DNA of 64,000 nt from Octopus vulgaris (lineage: Eukaryota), in contig OX597825.1 in assembly GCA_951406725.2 (NCBI GenBank), positions 68,634,001 through 68,698,000 of the forward strand, written 5' to 3'. A program made the translations under genes and the position numbers. This document shows, piece after piece, positions 14,291 to 26,416 of this stretch. The first letter of the stretch is position 1; each line of letters opens with the position of its first letter. Below the pieces are notes generated by a model. It was given only the letters and a program-made list of their open reading frames with translations. It did no database searches and was not told where the DNA came from.

Positions 14291-14987
14291 GGCGCAGGAG
14301 TGGCTGTGTGGTAGCTTGCTTACCAACCACATGGTTCCGGGTTCAGTCCCACTGTATGGCACCCTGGGCAAGTGTCTTCTACTATAGCCTCGGGCCGACC
14401 AAAGTTTCCTTGTGAGTGGATTTGGTAGACGGAAACTGAAAGAAGCCTGTCATATATATATATGAATGTATGTGTGTCTGTGTTTGTCCCCCTAGCATTG
14501 CTTGACAACCGATGCTGGTGTGTTTATGTCCCCGTCACTTAGCGGTTCGGCAAAAGAGACCGATAGAATAAGTACTGGGTTTTACAAAGAATAAGTCCTG
14601 GTGTCGATTTGCTCGACTAAAAGGCAGTGCTCCAGCATGGCCGCAGTCAAATGACTGAAACAAGTAAAAGGGTAAAGAGCAGGCAGAGAATGTAATGGAT
14701 GGGTGATATCAAGAGCTTGTCGGACAATAGCAGGGCAGCTGGAGAACTTGTGTTTGGACTTTTGTGGTGTTGCCAATGCACTGCAGGTGTATATGATACA
14801 TGACGGGGCGATTTATTAATCTAACGCAGGAGTGGCTGTGTGGTAAGTAGCTTGCTAACCAACCACATGGTTCCAGGTTCAGTCCCACTGCGTGGCATCT
14901 TGGGCAAGTGTCTTCTACTATAGCCCCGGGCCGACCAATGCCTTGTGAGTGGATTTAGTAGACGGAAACTGAAAGAAGCCTGTCGTA

Positions 14988-15028
<41 letters not shown>

Positions 15029-15395
15029 CTGTGTTTGTCTCCCTAGCATTGCTTGACAACCGATGCTGGTGTGTTTACGTCCCCATCACTTAGCGGTTCG
15101 GCAAAAGAGAACGATAGAATAAGTACTGGGCTTAGGTAGACGGAAACTGAAAGAAGCCTGCCGTATATATGTGTATATATATATATATATATATCTATAT
15201 ATATATATATATGTGTCTGTGTTTGTCTCCCTAGCATTGCTTGACAACCGATGCTGGTATGTTTACGTCCCTGTTACTAGCGGTTCGGCAAAAGAGAACG
15301 ATAGAATAAGTACTGGGGTCGATTTGCTTGACTAAAGGCGGTGCTCCAGCATGGCCGCAGTCAAATGACTGAAACAAGTAAAAGAGTAAGAGTAA
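14291..15395 (+). mobile_element. Two SINE family A copies (14291-14680; 14825-15395 with an internal duplication)
   Basis: Direct match to family A; the segment gtagacggaaactgaaag...gatagaataagtactggg occurs twice in the second copy. Confidence 0.85.
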
Positions 15396-15840
15396 CCTCT
15401 TTAGAGCAGTTCCACAGTATGGCTACTATATGGCTCAGAAACCTGGACGTTATCAAAGAAGCTTGAGAGGTGGTTGGATGGAACTTACACTCGCCTCCTT
15501 ATGAGAGCTCAAAACCTCTCGTGGAAGCGTCATCCAACCAAAGTACAAATATATGGGTAATTACCACCTGTGTCATCTCTTGTGAAAGGTAGGAGAGTCC
15601 AGTTTGCTGGACATTGTTGTAGAGCTGAAAACGAGGTAATTTCTACTCTTCTCCTCTTGAAGCCATCTGCTCGCGATACCAGAGGGCACACACTCTCGTA
15701 CCCTGATGTAATCTCCAGGGATACAGGCATCCAGCAACAGGACCTCCGTGATGCTATGATGGACTGTGAAGTCTGGCGTGGCATAGTGAATTCCATTGTC
15801 TCAACCACGGTCGAACAATGATGATGATGATGATGATGAT
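15396..15840 (+). mobile_element. RTE-clade LINE 3' fragment (decayed) with (TGA)n tail
   Basis: Translates to LLYGSETWTLSKKLERWLDGTYTRLL...RRVQFAGHCCR, typical of the RTE ORF C-terminus; in-frame stop. Confidence 0.8.
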
Positions 15841-16311
15841 GGCTGCACTCTAATGACAAAAATAAGATAACATGACTGACAAAACATTGCTAGCTTTTAT
15901 CATTTTAATGTTTTTTCTCAACTTGTATTGTTGGTTGAATGAATCTGCAGTACTGAAAATTTCCGTACTACTCTATATTGTGTCCACCTGTGTTAAGTCC
16001 TATATTTTGCAGTCTGACTTCATTTCCCTTGGACTTTCTTACTCATTTTATGTCAATTTTGGCAAATCTCGCAAGAATGGTAACAAGGACATCCCCAGGT
16101 GTTTAAGTGACACATGATGGACTTTGATAAAAAAATTCTCTGTAATATAGGTGCAGGAGTGGCAGTGTGGTAAGTAGCTTGCTAACCAACCACATGGTTC
16201 TGGGTTCAGTCCCACTGTGTGGCATCTTGGGCAAGTGACTTCTAATATAGCCTCGGGCCGACCAAAGCCTTGTGGGTGGATTTGGTAGACGGAAACTGAA
16301 AGAAGCCCGTC

Positions 16312-16373
<62 letters not shown>

Positions 16374-16849
16374 ATGTTTGCGTGTCTGTGTTTGTCCCCC
16401 TAGCATTGCTTGACAACCGATGCTTGTGTGTTTATGTCCCTGTTACTTAGTGGCTCGGCAAAAGAGACCGATAGAATAAGTACTGGGCTTACAAAGAATA
16501 AGTCCCGGGGTCGATTTGCCTGACTAAAGGCGGTACTCCAGCATGGCCACAGTCAAATGACTGAAACAAGTAAAAGAGTAAAAGAGAGAGTAAATATCGT
16601 ATTAAAAATACTGTATTTTCTGGCATAGAAGTGGAACATTTCATCCCAAAATCCCCTCCTCCCCATCTTGTAAGAAGGTAATTGACTTCACACTTTCTCA
16701 CCTTCTTTGGAGGACCAAAAATTTCATGTGAATTGCTGCAGAATTTGGAAAGATAGTGATGTTGGAATATTTATACTTACATATTTTGGTTATATTCTAC
16801 ACGGACTTGTATGCAAGAAAATACAACAGCCTATAAGTGTTTACCTAAA

Positions 16850-17786
16850 CCTTGATTTTTTTTTTTATTATCCATAAGGACATACATGGAATGGATGATT
16901 CTACATTTAAGCGCAATTTGGGGTCGATAAAAATTTAACATGATTTTATATAAAACGAATGGATAAAATGAATGGATTTTACATTTAAGCGCAATTTGGG
17001 GTCGATAAAAATTTAACATGATTTTATATAAAACGAATGGATAAAATGAATGGATTTTACATTTAAGCGCAATTTGGGGTCGATAAAAATTTAACATGAT
17101 TTTATATAAAACGAATGGATAAAATGAATGGATTTTACATTTAAGCGCAATTTGGGGTCGATAAAAATTTAACATGATTTTATATAAAACGAATGGATAA
17201 AATGAATGGATTTTACATTTAAGCACAATTTGGGGTCAATAAAAATGTAACATGATTTTATATAAAATGAATGGATTTTACATTTAAGCGCAATTTGGGG
17301 TCGATAAAAATTTAACATGATTTTATATAAGATGAATGGATTTTACATTTAAGCGCAATTTGGGGTCGATAAAAATTTAACATAATTTTATATAAAATGA
17401 ATGGATTTTACATTTAAGCGCAATTTGGGGTCGATAAAAATTTAACATAATTTTATATAAAACGAATGATTAAACAACACAACGGATATTTTTTAAACAA
17501 CTGGAATGGGATGGGTTTATGGACCCCATAACCCCATGACCTTGGTTTTTTTGGCTTATCTTGCATCCACAAGAGACCTTTTATACATGACATTCTTCCA
17601 TCTTTCATCAAACACTTTCTTACTCAGGCACCTCCTCTCCATCCCTATTTGTCTCTTTAGGTGGAATATAAAAAATTCCACCAAACCAGGACCAGAGATG
17701 AAGTTGCCTGACATCAACCCTCTCATCCTTGTCTTCCATACTGTTTTGCGACTGCTACCACTGAGAGAAAACAATTATTACCTTCT
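16850..17786 (-). mobile_element. 5'-truncated Tx1/L1-like LINE with a 78/65-bp minisatellite in its 3' part
   Basis: 13-bp direct repeat gtgtttacctaaa at 16837-16849 and 17787-17799; A-tract at the 3' end; ORF 17556-17774 (VWKTR...FFIFHLKRQI...FDERW) resembles an L1/Tx1 ORF2 C-terminus. Clade assignment is from memory of motifs. Confidence 0.65.
16890..17470. repeat. Minisatellite of 8 units: 78-bp period, then 65-bp period
   Basis: acatttaagc starts at 16903, 16981, 17059, 17137, 17215, 17280, 17345 and 17410. Confidence 0.95.
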
Positions 17787-17942
17787 GTGTTTACCTAAAA
17801 CTAAAATACATGTAAGTGATACTCTATTAACAGAATTAGGAAAGAAATTAAGATTTTCACATAGTGGCCTAACAAATAGATTCTCATAGTTTCAATAAAC
17901 CTTTCAAATTCAAAGAATCTGATTTTTTTCAAATCAAGGGGG

Positions 17943-18243
17943 TTAAGTTAAGTTAAGTTAATTTTTTGGCTCAAAAAGCAAAAAGCAAGGCCATGTAGGT
18001 GGACATGGAGTTATGTACAGGGTGGTGTTCATGCAAAGAGTTCAGGCCATTTGTGGTCAAGGGAGACTTTGAACCGAGCGGTCGTCGGCATCTTCACTAC
18101 CTCGTCCGGCAGCTTATTCTACGGATCCGCAACCTGGATGGAGAAAGCCCCTCTCCTTCGATTGAGATGAAATCGTCGCTGATAGAGCTTTTCGGAGTGA
18201 CCCCGCAGCCGACGTTCTGGAACAGGAGTGAAGAACAGCTCTT
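17943..18243 (-). mobile_element. CR1-type LINE 3' end with (TAACT)n tail
   Basis: Minus strand reads RLRGHSEKLYQRRFHLNRRRGAFS...NKLPDEVV...FKVSLD. Confidence 0.8.
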
Positions 18244-18674
18244 TTGAGAGGTTACACTTTCTGCTTATGATGTTGTGAGCAAGAATGAGATCACCATGGC
18301 ATCGTCATTTTTCTAGAGAATAAAGGTCGAGCGTCTTCAGCCTTTCTTCATAAGACAAATTCTTGAGACCAAGAACCATGTGGGTAGCCAGCTTCTGGAC
18401 TCTTTCGAGATGATGTATGTTAGTGTTGGTGTAAATATATTTTGGGGTAATTGATGAAAAAAGTTCCCCAACCACTGCTCTAAGTGAAGAACAGGTTGTA
18501 TGATGCTGTACTGTATAGTAAAATTAGCAAACATCAACATTCAAGGGCCTGGGAACAGGGGGTGCACCTGCACCCCTTGGAATTTTCAGGTGGTGCAAGA
18601 TCAAAATTTAACAGTCAATGATCTTTCCCCTTAAGCAATTATTAGAGGTTGTGTTATGATGCTGTAAGAATTGT

Positions 18675-18779
18675 GACATGCAACTTCGTTCAGTCCGAAA
18701 CCTATACCGAGTGTCATCTAAGTTGTTTTCCTCCAGGTATGTTATTACTTTTTGTCTTCAGACAAGGCGTTGGATAATT

Positions 18780-18826
<47 letters not shown>

Positions 18827-19750
18827 CATTGTGTACAGTGCTCAGGTGCACTACAACTCATTGAAAGTGTATATATAATCAGGTGTAGTTTCGACGGATT
18901 TCGGAAAGCATGAGGGCCTTAAAGGATGCAGTGTCATGGCAGTCAACAACTGACGCAGGCAGTTTATTCCATGCTTCAGCAATTCTGAGTGTGAAGAAAT
19001 GTTTCCGAAAGTCATGGGAGCTGTGTTGTTTTCTGACTTTGTAGGCATGTCCACGTGTGTTAGACACATGGAGATCAAAAAGGTGTTCAGTGTTGTTATT
19101 GGTGAGGTGGTTGACAACTTTGTGGGTGTTTACCAAGTCCGTCGCCAGACGCCGGAGCTTCAGTGAATCCATGCCCAGGGAAACAAGGCGCTCAGAATAT
19201 GGTAGGTGTCTGATGGAGGGTATGCGTTTGGTTGCACGTCTCTGAACAGATTCCAGGAGGTCAATGTTCTGAGCAAGATAGGGGTTCCAAACTGATGATG
19301 CGAATTCCAAGTGTGGTCGTACCATAGCTGTATACAGTTTTAAATAGATGGTTGGAGAGCGGCTAACAAAAGTCTTGCTGAGTGATGCCAAGACACCCTC
19401 GGCCTTCTTGACAATTTTAGAGATATGCTTTGTCCAACGCAAATCACTGCTGACAGTGATGCCTAGGTCACACTCGTTTAGATGTGTAAGACGTGAGGGA
19501 AACAGGTCTGTAAATTTTAGCTTCAGCACTGCTACCTCCTTTGTACCTATATAGGTTTTATTATAGCTTCTTCAATAGTCTCGGGAATATGGCGGTATCT
19601 GGCGACTTTTGAAATAGTACATTTAATGATTTCATGAGGCAGTTTTTGCACGTTTTTTAGCAATATAACTGGAATACTATCTGGTACAGATGCTGAGTTT
19701 GAGTCTAAATCATTAATAGCCGCAAGTATATCAACTTCCATGATATTAAT
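18675..19750 (-). mobile_element. Older LINE RT fragment split by the younger CR1 (pieces 19480-19750 and 18675-18775)
   Basis: ...AIIKPI..KGGS..AKIYRPVSLTS resumes after the insertion as KVITYLEENNL...YRFRTERSC. Confidence 0.7.
18783..19480 (-). mobile_element. Young CR1-type LINE 3' end with open ORF2 C-terminus and (ATT)n tail
   Basis: ORF 18879-19529: DLGITVSSDLRW...VRPHLEFASSVWNP...LESVQRRATK...TRGH...WNKLP. Confidence 0.9.
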
Positions 19751-19759
19751 TTTAAGTTG

Positions 19760-20585
19760 TGTCTCTGCACTTGAGTTGTGGGATCAAAGAATTCGCTTGG
19801 ATTGTGCACGGGGCTGCGATACGGACGGAGAATACGGCCTTCTGCCTGTTGAAATGAAAGTGTCGGGATTAGAGTCTGTGATCATGCCCACGAAGACCTC
19901 TATCTGGCGCAGGGGTGAAAATCTCCACAAATGGTAGGTTTACATGTCCATTGAAGATGTTGAAAGCCGAATGAGATCTCCCTGCATCCTCCGTCGTTCG
20001 AGTGAAGGCAATGCCAGCCGTTGGAGATGTTCCTCTTACGCAAGCTTAGATAAGCCCGCGCCCATTCGGGTGGCCAAGTGCTGAACCCGTTCCAGGTGCT
20101 GAATGTCTTTCTGGAGATATGGGTTTGAAGTATGGATGCAATATTCGAGGATGGGTCGAACTAGAGTGACGTATACAGGCCGAAAGACGTCCATTGACAG
20201 GTTGGCAAAGGATTGGTGGATGAGGAAAAGATTCCTTCTGGCTTTGTTTGCCGCTTCGATACCCTGCCGTGGTGGTTTGAAAGTAGTATCAATCATTATG
20301 CCGAGATCCTTTTTTTCAGTGACCATCTTAAGATGTTGATGTTTGTGGCCAATAGTCAAGGGAGAGTTTGGAGGCGAACCTATTGGCAAATGGCTGCATT
20401 TTGAGGTGTTCAAGGGCAGATCCCATTCTTCCATCCAATTCCAAGCTCGGTTCAGCGACGATTGTAGTATGTCATATTGATTCCTAGGCGAGACAAGTTT
20501 GACGTCGTCTGCAAATAGGAGAACTTTTCCATCAAGAAAATCTGGCAGGTCGTTGATATAGAGAAGGAAAAGTATTGGCCCCGAT
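19760..20585 (-). mobile_element. CR1-type LINE RT domain and C-terminus, decayed
   Basis: GPILFLLYINDLP...LFADDVKL (RT catalytic motif) followed by ORF 20036-20434 (KDLGI...LVRPILEY...LERVQ). Confidence 0.9.
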
Positions 20586-21954
20586 ATACTCTTTTACTCT
20601 TTTACTTGTTTCAGTCATTTGACTGCAGCCATGCTGGAGCACCGCCTTTAATCGAGCAACTCGACCCCGGGACTTATTCTTAGTTTCCGTCTACCAAATC
20701 CACTCACAAGGCTTTGGTCGGCCTGAGACTATAGTAGAAGACACTTGCCCAAGGGACTGAACCCGGATCCATGTGGTTGGTAAACAAGCTACTTACCACA
20801 CAGCCACTCCTGCGCCTATGACTGAAAGAATTTTAAAAGGGCTTTTATTTTTAGGCTGAGGTTAAACAGTCGAATTTATTCAACCATGTCGTCAGTCTTT
20901 AGCAACATCAACTACAAAGAACTCGAGAGAGGTGACAGATGGAGAGATGACAAGAACCTTCACTCATTTTCAGCATTGCAAGACTTCAGAGTTATTTTTG
21001 TCAGAATAGAGCTGTCTTCAAGAATCCAAGTAATGCTATGTATTGAAGACTAGCCATAGATGCTGGTCATGTTGTTGTTCTTGTTGTTTGCTGCTACTGT
21101 TGTTGTTGTCACATACTTTTTATTTTGACGCTGCTTTGCTTCAGAATTTGGTTAGTCATAAATTCCCTTGGGAATTTTAAGCCCAGCTTCACTTTTATTT
21201 ATCTATTTTTGTTCTTTGTTTTTGCTTTGAAACGAAATCTAGCTTCAAGCATCTTATACAGATAATTTTTTAGACACTATTTTCTGAAACTGGTAAAATT
21301 ACGTAAGGGGTGCAAATTTTGATCTTGCACCACCTGAAAATTCCAAGGGTTGCAGGTGCACCCGCTGCCCCCGCTGTTCCCGGGCCCTTGAATGCAGGGA
21401 TTCTTTTCATTAATATAGGGTTTGTGGGAATTGATGTTTGTGATTTGTGAAACACTGCAACAACCTACAATTTCTTGTGGAGTTACTCATATTTGGTGGC
21501 TACTTCTTGCAGTTCGAGAAGCTTATTCAGTTCATAGAACGGTAGTATCTATGATCAGCGTTGAAATGTGCTAAACTTGTAAACGGTAACGTTGATAGAA
21601 ATCACAGCATAGCAATATAATCAAGTGGCATAACTCTTATAACAAATGTATAGGTTACCTCCCCTGAAAATAATTGCGTGACCAGAAATTTGTAGGGATT
21701 AAGTTAGTTTCACCTACGCACACGCAGACAGGCAGGTAGGCACACACACACACACACACACTGACACACACTTTCTCTTTTGAAGTATTCGACTGTGTAA
21801 TCCGAGGGTGATTTCGCTATTGTTTTCTAGAGGAATCATGTCTTGAGTCATGGAGACCGATAAAATTAAGATTCCGGTTGATCTTATTTTATTTGAATAT
21901 TACATGTTATATATATATATAGGCGTATATACATACATATACGTACATACTGAC

Positions 21955-22012
<58 letters not shown>

Positions 22013-22191
22013 CAGTGCTTTTCAACCTTTTTGCTGGAGCGGAACCCCAAGGGAACATTCCACTGGCTCGAGGAACCCCTGTGCAATAATTTAATAGTTT
22101 TATGCTCACATATCTGCATAGGAGAATTAAAAATTACTGCCGATTTTAGCAGTTTTGTAACTTCTTGCGGAACCCTGGTTGAAAACCACTG
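22013..22191. mobile_element. hAT (Charlie-like) MITE inserted in (TA)n
   Basis: TIRs cagtgcttttcaacc and ggttgaaaaccactg. Confidence 0.75.
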
Positions 22192-22401
22192 GTATATATA
22201 TATATATATATATATATATACAAAGTGAGATAGGGTTTATGAGTGTAACCCATGTGTATTATTCTTATGGTATTATTATCTTACATATTGATGTATATTG
22301 TTTTGTTGGATCCGGATGTTCCTATTTATGTAGTTAATAAATAATATGAATTGGTAATATCTGTAAGTTGATGATTGAAATGAATTTGTTCCTCCATTTT
22401 C

Positions 22402-22433
<32 letters not shown>

Positions 22434-22612
22434 GTTTTGCGTTCTTGTCCCATTTTGCATTTTATTTTATATATATATATATATAGCGGCGTACGTACAC
22501 TTTGTTCTCTTATATATATAGTATCGGGTCTAATACAAAAGACGTGTGGTGTGCTTCGTCCTCTGTTTAATTTCTTTATTTGCGATCGTGATGGCGATAA
22601 CCCTACCTCAAA

Positions 22613-23620
22613 ATGTCGGTTGATACATCGAAGAAAAATAAAAGAGCATCAATTTCTTTGGAGACCAAGATCAATATTTTGGATCGTCTTCGTAAGGGCG
22701 AAAGTGCAGCATCCTTGGGTAGAGCTTTCTGTCGGACCGAAGCTACGGTAATAACGATAGAAAGGAATGGTGCTGCCATTAGAAGATCTGTAGCTTCTGG
22801 AACAAAATTATCTGCCAAGTCGTCGTCATATGCAAGGGACATGATTGAAGAAAATGGAGAAACCTTTAATAATAGGCCCAGGAGTGGGTGTGTGGTAAGT
22901 TGCTTTCTTACCAACCACATGGTTCCGGGTTCAGTCCCACTGCGTGGCACCTTGGGCAAGTGTCTTCTACTATAGCCTCGGGCCGACTAAAGCCTTGCGA
23001 GTGGATTTGTTAGACGGAAACTGAAAGAAGCCTGTCGTATATATGTATGTACATATGTGTGTGTGTGTTTGTGTCTGTGTTTGTACCCCCCACAACATCA
23101 CTTGATAACCGATGTTGGTGTGTTTACGTCCCCGTAACTTAGCGGTTCGGTAAAAAGAGACCGATAGAATAAGTACTAGGCTTACAAAGAATAAGTTCCG
23201 GGGTCGATGTGCTCGACTAAAGGCGGTGCTCCAGCATGGCCGCAGTCAAATGACTGAAACAAGTAAAAGAGTAAAAGAGTGTAATATGGACAGATAAAAC
23301 AATCAAAAAAGGATACCAGTAGATGGTAAAACCATAAAACAGATGGCATTACGATTTTATAAGAAGATTAATAGAGTTATCAAATGCGTTTCATCTGTCT
23401 TGTGATAAAAAGAAGAATGAATTTACTGCAAGTTCAGAATGACTTACAAAATTCCTCGAAAGACACGCACTGCATAACATAAAAATGAGAGGTGAAATTT
23501 CATCGGCAGTTAAGACTGCTGCTGAAGAATTTCTTCCAAAACTAGCCAAAATAATTGAAGAAGACGGTTACATTTTAGACCAAGTTTTCAGCCCAGATGA
23601 AACTGGTCTCTTTTGGATTT
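22613..23620 (+). pseudogene. Tigger/pogo-type transposase remnant (CENP-B-like HTH to DETGLFW), interrupted by SINE A at 22874-23280
   Basis: KRASISLETKINILDRLRKGES...; F.AS..L.KF..RH.LHNIKMRGE...DQVF..DETGLFW; stops and an internal deletion. Confidence 0.88.
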
Positions 23621-23690
23621 CCAGTGACGACAGTGATTTTGCGCTACCGAAAACCATCAAAAGGAGGGCAAGTTTTCTGAATGATTATGC

Positions 23691-23722
<32 letters not shown>

Positions 23723-24114
23723 TGTATGTATGTATGTATGTATATATATATACACATACATACATACATACATACATACATACATACATACATACATACA
23801 TACATACATACATACATACATACATACATACATACATACATACATACATACATACATACATGCATGCATGAAGTGGATTCAATCCATCATAGCCAAATTT
23901 AAATTAACACTGCAACAGAACTTTTCCCACGATGGAACAATGGTTTTTCTCTGACAGCAGTTTTACATCTTCCAGATGTCTTTAGCTAGGCCGAAATAAT
24001 GTCGTCACCACTTGACCCTTTCTAACCTCTTCTAGTTCACCAAAAGCTAGAATAGAGATAACAAGACCACCAACTAAATCTATTGTTTTCAATGGTATGT
24101 CTGTCCTTCTGGAT

Positions 24115-24583
24115 TGTTATAAAAGCAAGAATACCCCAAACAAAAATCAGTTAGTCACCAGTCAGTGACGACTCAACAAGTTAGTCACATGGTGACGACT
24201 CAATTAGTTAGGGAACGGACTGCTAGAATCATGGTCACAAGGAATGCAGCTACAAAAGATAATGGTCAGCGAGAGAAATGAAGTTTACTGTCAGACAACA
24301 CCCAACAATTCTCGCTAGCTCTAATTCTGTTCTCTTACAACGTCATTCTATCTCTCTCTGTATTTACTACTAACCAATGAAGAGAACACAAACGCAAACT
24401 TTACTTCGCATGCTTTTGGATTTAACATAACCTGCCCGTCGAGGCAAGGTATTTGTAACGTAACGGTAAATAAACATTTCCTTAAAACTTCATGCATTGT
24501 TCATCTTTCTCATCGTACAACATGCGATTATAATAACCAATTTTTATCATCACACCACCTGACTCCGACATTTCATCATAATA
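24115..24583 (+). mobile_element. Possible solo LTR
   Basis: Begins tgttat and ends ataata (one mismatch to the inverted ataaca); internal AATAAA and short tandem repeats; no clear TSD. Confidence 0.3.
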
Positions 24584-24608
24584 ATGTTCACCAATCAATT
24601 TCTGCCGT

Positions 24609-24650
<42 letters not shown>

Positions 24651-24697
24651 TCATACATACATACATACATACATACATACATACATACATACATACA

Positions 24698-24775
<78 letters not shown>

Positions 24776-24777
24776 TA

Positions 24778-26010
24778 CAGATATGACAGAAGTAAATAGA
24801 TACACCATAAAATATCGTTTTATGTTCATTTTTAGCTAGAAAAGGTTTATACTGTTTTTTTTTTTTATTAATTGACATTTTTATGTTTCAGGTTCTATAC
24901 GTGACTGTTTAATCATCCCACATACAAAGAAGCATTGGAAGAGTCCAAATTTCAAAGGGGCCGTATCGTGGGTCAATCTGAAGGTGAACTCAGCCAGCAT
25001 AAACTCGCAGAAAACTTGGGATTCCGCTTTCTACAGTTAATAGAGTGATTTTGCATTTCACTAGAGAGGGGAAGGAGTCCACATCATCTCGCCCATTCGA
25101 CCAGGGCCCTCTGACAAGACCCTTCACTTTGTTAAGAGAAGTGTGGAGGATAATCTTTGTTGCAAGACCTCCGACTTAGCAGAACAAGTTGATGTCAGTC
25201 CCAGAACAGCTGTGAGGTATCTCCATAAACTTGGCTACTATGGCAGAGCAGCAAGAAGAAAGCCACTTCTTCGACTAGCCAATATCAAGCGGAGAAAAAA
25301 TTGGGCCAATGAGATGGTGGAAAGGTCACTAGCATTTTGGGATACTGTCATATTCTCTGATGAGTCCAGATTTGCTGTATTTCCTGACAGTGGTCGAGTG
25401 TGGGTCTGGATACTCTGTGATCAAGAATTTGATGTGAAAACATTGCAGCCAACAATGAAACACAGTGGCTGTTCTGTGATGGTCTGGGGGAGCAATTTGG
25501 AGCAATGGTCGATCAGAGCTGGTGAATTGTGAGGGAAACATAAACGCAGTGAATATGAGTACATATTGCAGAAAGGACTCCTTCCAATCTTCCTCAGTGG
25601 TGAAATGATTAAAGAAGACTCTTTATTTATGAAAGATGGGGTTTCTTGTTACAATGGGTAAAAAGACACAAGATTAGTTGGAAGAGAATATCATTAAAAA
25701 GCTTCCATTGCTAAGCCAGTCACCTCTGGGGCATAATGGACAGGGAACTTTGTAAATAACAAGAAAACATCCTCAAAGACAGATCTTTTGAGATTACTTT
25801 ATGAAACTTGGCAAGAAATTCCCCAAGAAAATATTCGTCATCTGATCAGTAGTATGCCTAATATGGCCCTTGCATTGAAAAATGCAAAGAGCATGTCTTC
25901 TAGATATGAAATATTCGCATTATAAAAACTAATAGATAATTTGAATGTATAATTTTAGATTTAAATAGATTTTAACGATTATAAGGGTGTTTATTTACGG
26001 CGCATTTGTG
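24778..26010 (+). mobile_element. Tc1-type DNA transposon, decayed full-length copy
   Basis: ORF 25143-25532: ARRKPLL...RKNWA...[12 protein letters not shown]...[11 protein letters not shown]; degenerate TIRs flanked by TA; frameshifts. Confidence 0.88.
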
Positions 26011-26058
26011 TATGTGTTTGTGTGCATATATATATATATGCATGCATGTATGTGTGCA

Positions 26059-26112
<54 letters not shown>

Positions 26113-26129
26113 GCATGTATATATATATG

Positions 26130-26171
<42 letters not shown>

Positions 26172-26352
26172 AATTGAGCCATATGGATAAAGAGAGAGCG
26201 CAACTCATAGAGGGAGGCAGAATGATAGGAGTGAGACAAAGAGCGCTTAAAGGAAAAGGGTAAGATCGAAAGAGTGTTAGAAGTGAGGGATGGAGTCAGT
26301 GGGAGAATAAGAGAAAGAAAAGAGAAGGAGGAGGGATGACGAAAGATGCATA

Positions 26353-26416
<64 letters not shown>

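Noticed and set aside
16831-17470. Regular repeat resembling a CRISPR array, and a 131-aa repeat ORF
   Set aside because: Units are contiguous with no unique spacers, there are no cas genes, and the context is eukaryotic; the ORF is a by-product of the 78-bp period.
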